This document shows positions 63,600 to 64,000 of a stretch of 64,000 nt of DNA, one piece after another (the first letter of the stretch is position 1; each line of letters starts with the position of its first letter). Below the pieces are notes generated by a model. It was not told the origin of the DNA, did no database searches, and worked only from the letters and a program-made list of their open reading frames with translations. Source of the stretch: Hydrolagus colliei (lineage: Eukaryota). A program made the position numbers and the translations under genes. Where the stretch lies: contig CM068745.1 of NCBI GenBank assembly GCA_035084275.1, positions 67,828,001-67,892,000 on the forward strand, written 5' to 3'.

Positions 63600-63910
63600 G
63601 TCAGCTTGGTTCAGTTGGTAGCGCTCTTGCCTTTGAGTCTGAATGTGCGTTCAAGCCCCCAAGAACTTTGAACCCATTTTGTAAGCTGGTACTATCTTGA
63701 AGTATCAGGGATCACTTCATTTTTAGAGGTGCTGTCCTTCAGATAAGATATGCTGTCTATTTGGGTGGACGTTAAAGATAATATCACGCTATTCAATAGG
63801 GAAGGTTTCTCCCAGTGTCCTTGTCAGCAATCCTTCATAAATTGTTCATTCACTTCCTGGTTGTTTGTGGTACATTACTAGGTGCAAACTGGCTACTGTG
63901 TTTGCCTACG
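63600..63910 (+). mobile_element. Ancient Deu-domain SINE (SacSINE1/AmnSINE1-like) relic
   Basis: tRNA-like head ggttcagttggtagcgctcttgcct..gagtc; gaggtgctgtccttcagataaga...ggtggacgttaaagat Deu-like core; tgtttgtgg...aaactggct tail. Confidence 0.6.
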
Positions 63911-63928
63911 AGTACATAATTAATAGTA

Positions 63929-64000
63929 CAGTAAAAGCTTGTTTATCCAGCACCCTCGGGACCTGACTAGTGCCTGTTAATTAAATATGTCGGATATTCG
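63929..64000. mobile_element. Tigger-like MITE family B, cut by the window end
   Basis: TA|CAGTAAAAGCTTGTTTATCCAGCACCC. Confidence 0.75.

Overview
Eukaryotic, AT-rich, repeat-dense vertebrate genomic DNA. The SINE/L2 repertoire suggests a cartilaginous fish, possibly a chimaera (inference). Two convergent spliced genes can be reconstructed by hand. (1) The 3' part of AP1S2 (AP-1 sigma-1B, + strand) has exons at 3308-3416 and 3661-3798, an alternative terminal exon PRHEYFNVPVY* (15168-15203), a 9-nt DAK microexon (21813-21821) and the canonical last exon (22465-22512). (2) ZRSR2 (- strand) runs from the ATG at 43638 to the stop at 26568. Ten coding exons are visible; the expected exon 2 is absent and probably lies in the N-gap at 41940-42139. 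The rest is hAT and Tc1/mariner(Tigger)-type MITEs with TIRs/TSDs, a decayed hAT transposase upstream of ZRSR2, tRNA-derived SINEs, Deu-type SINE relics, L2 LINE fragments, a G-rich minisatellite and a (GATA)n tract. Most ORFs in the supplied track are spurious. I do not see a wholly new multi-gene system. The most interesting signals are the alternative C-terminus architecture of AP1S2 (including unannotated candidate exons) and several structurally unusual transposon derivatives.
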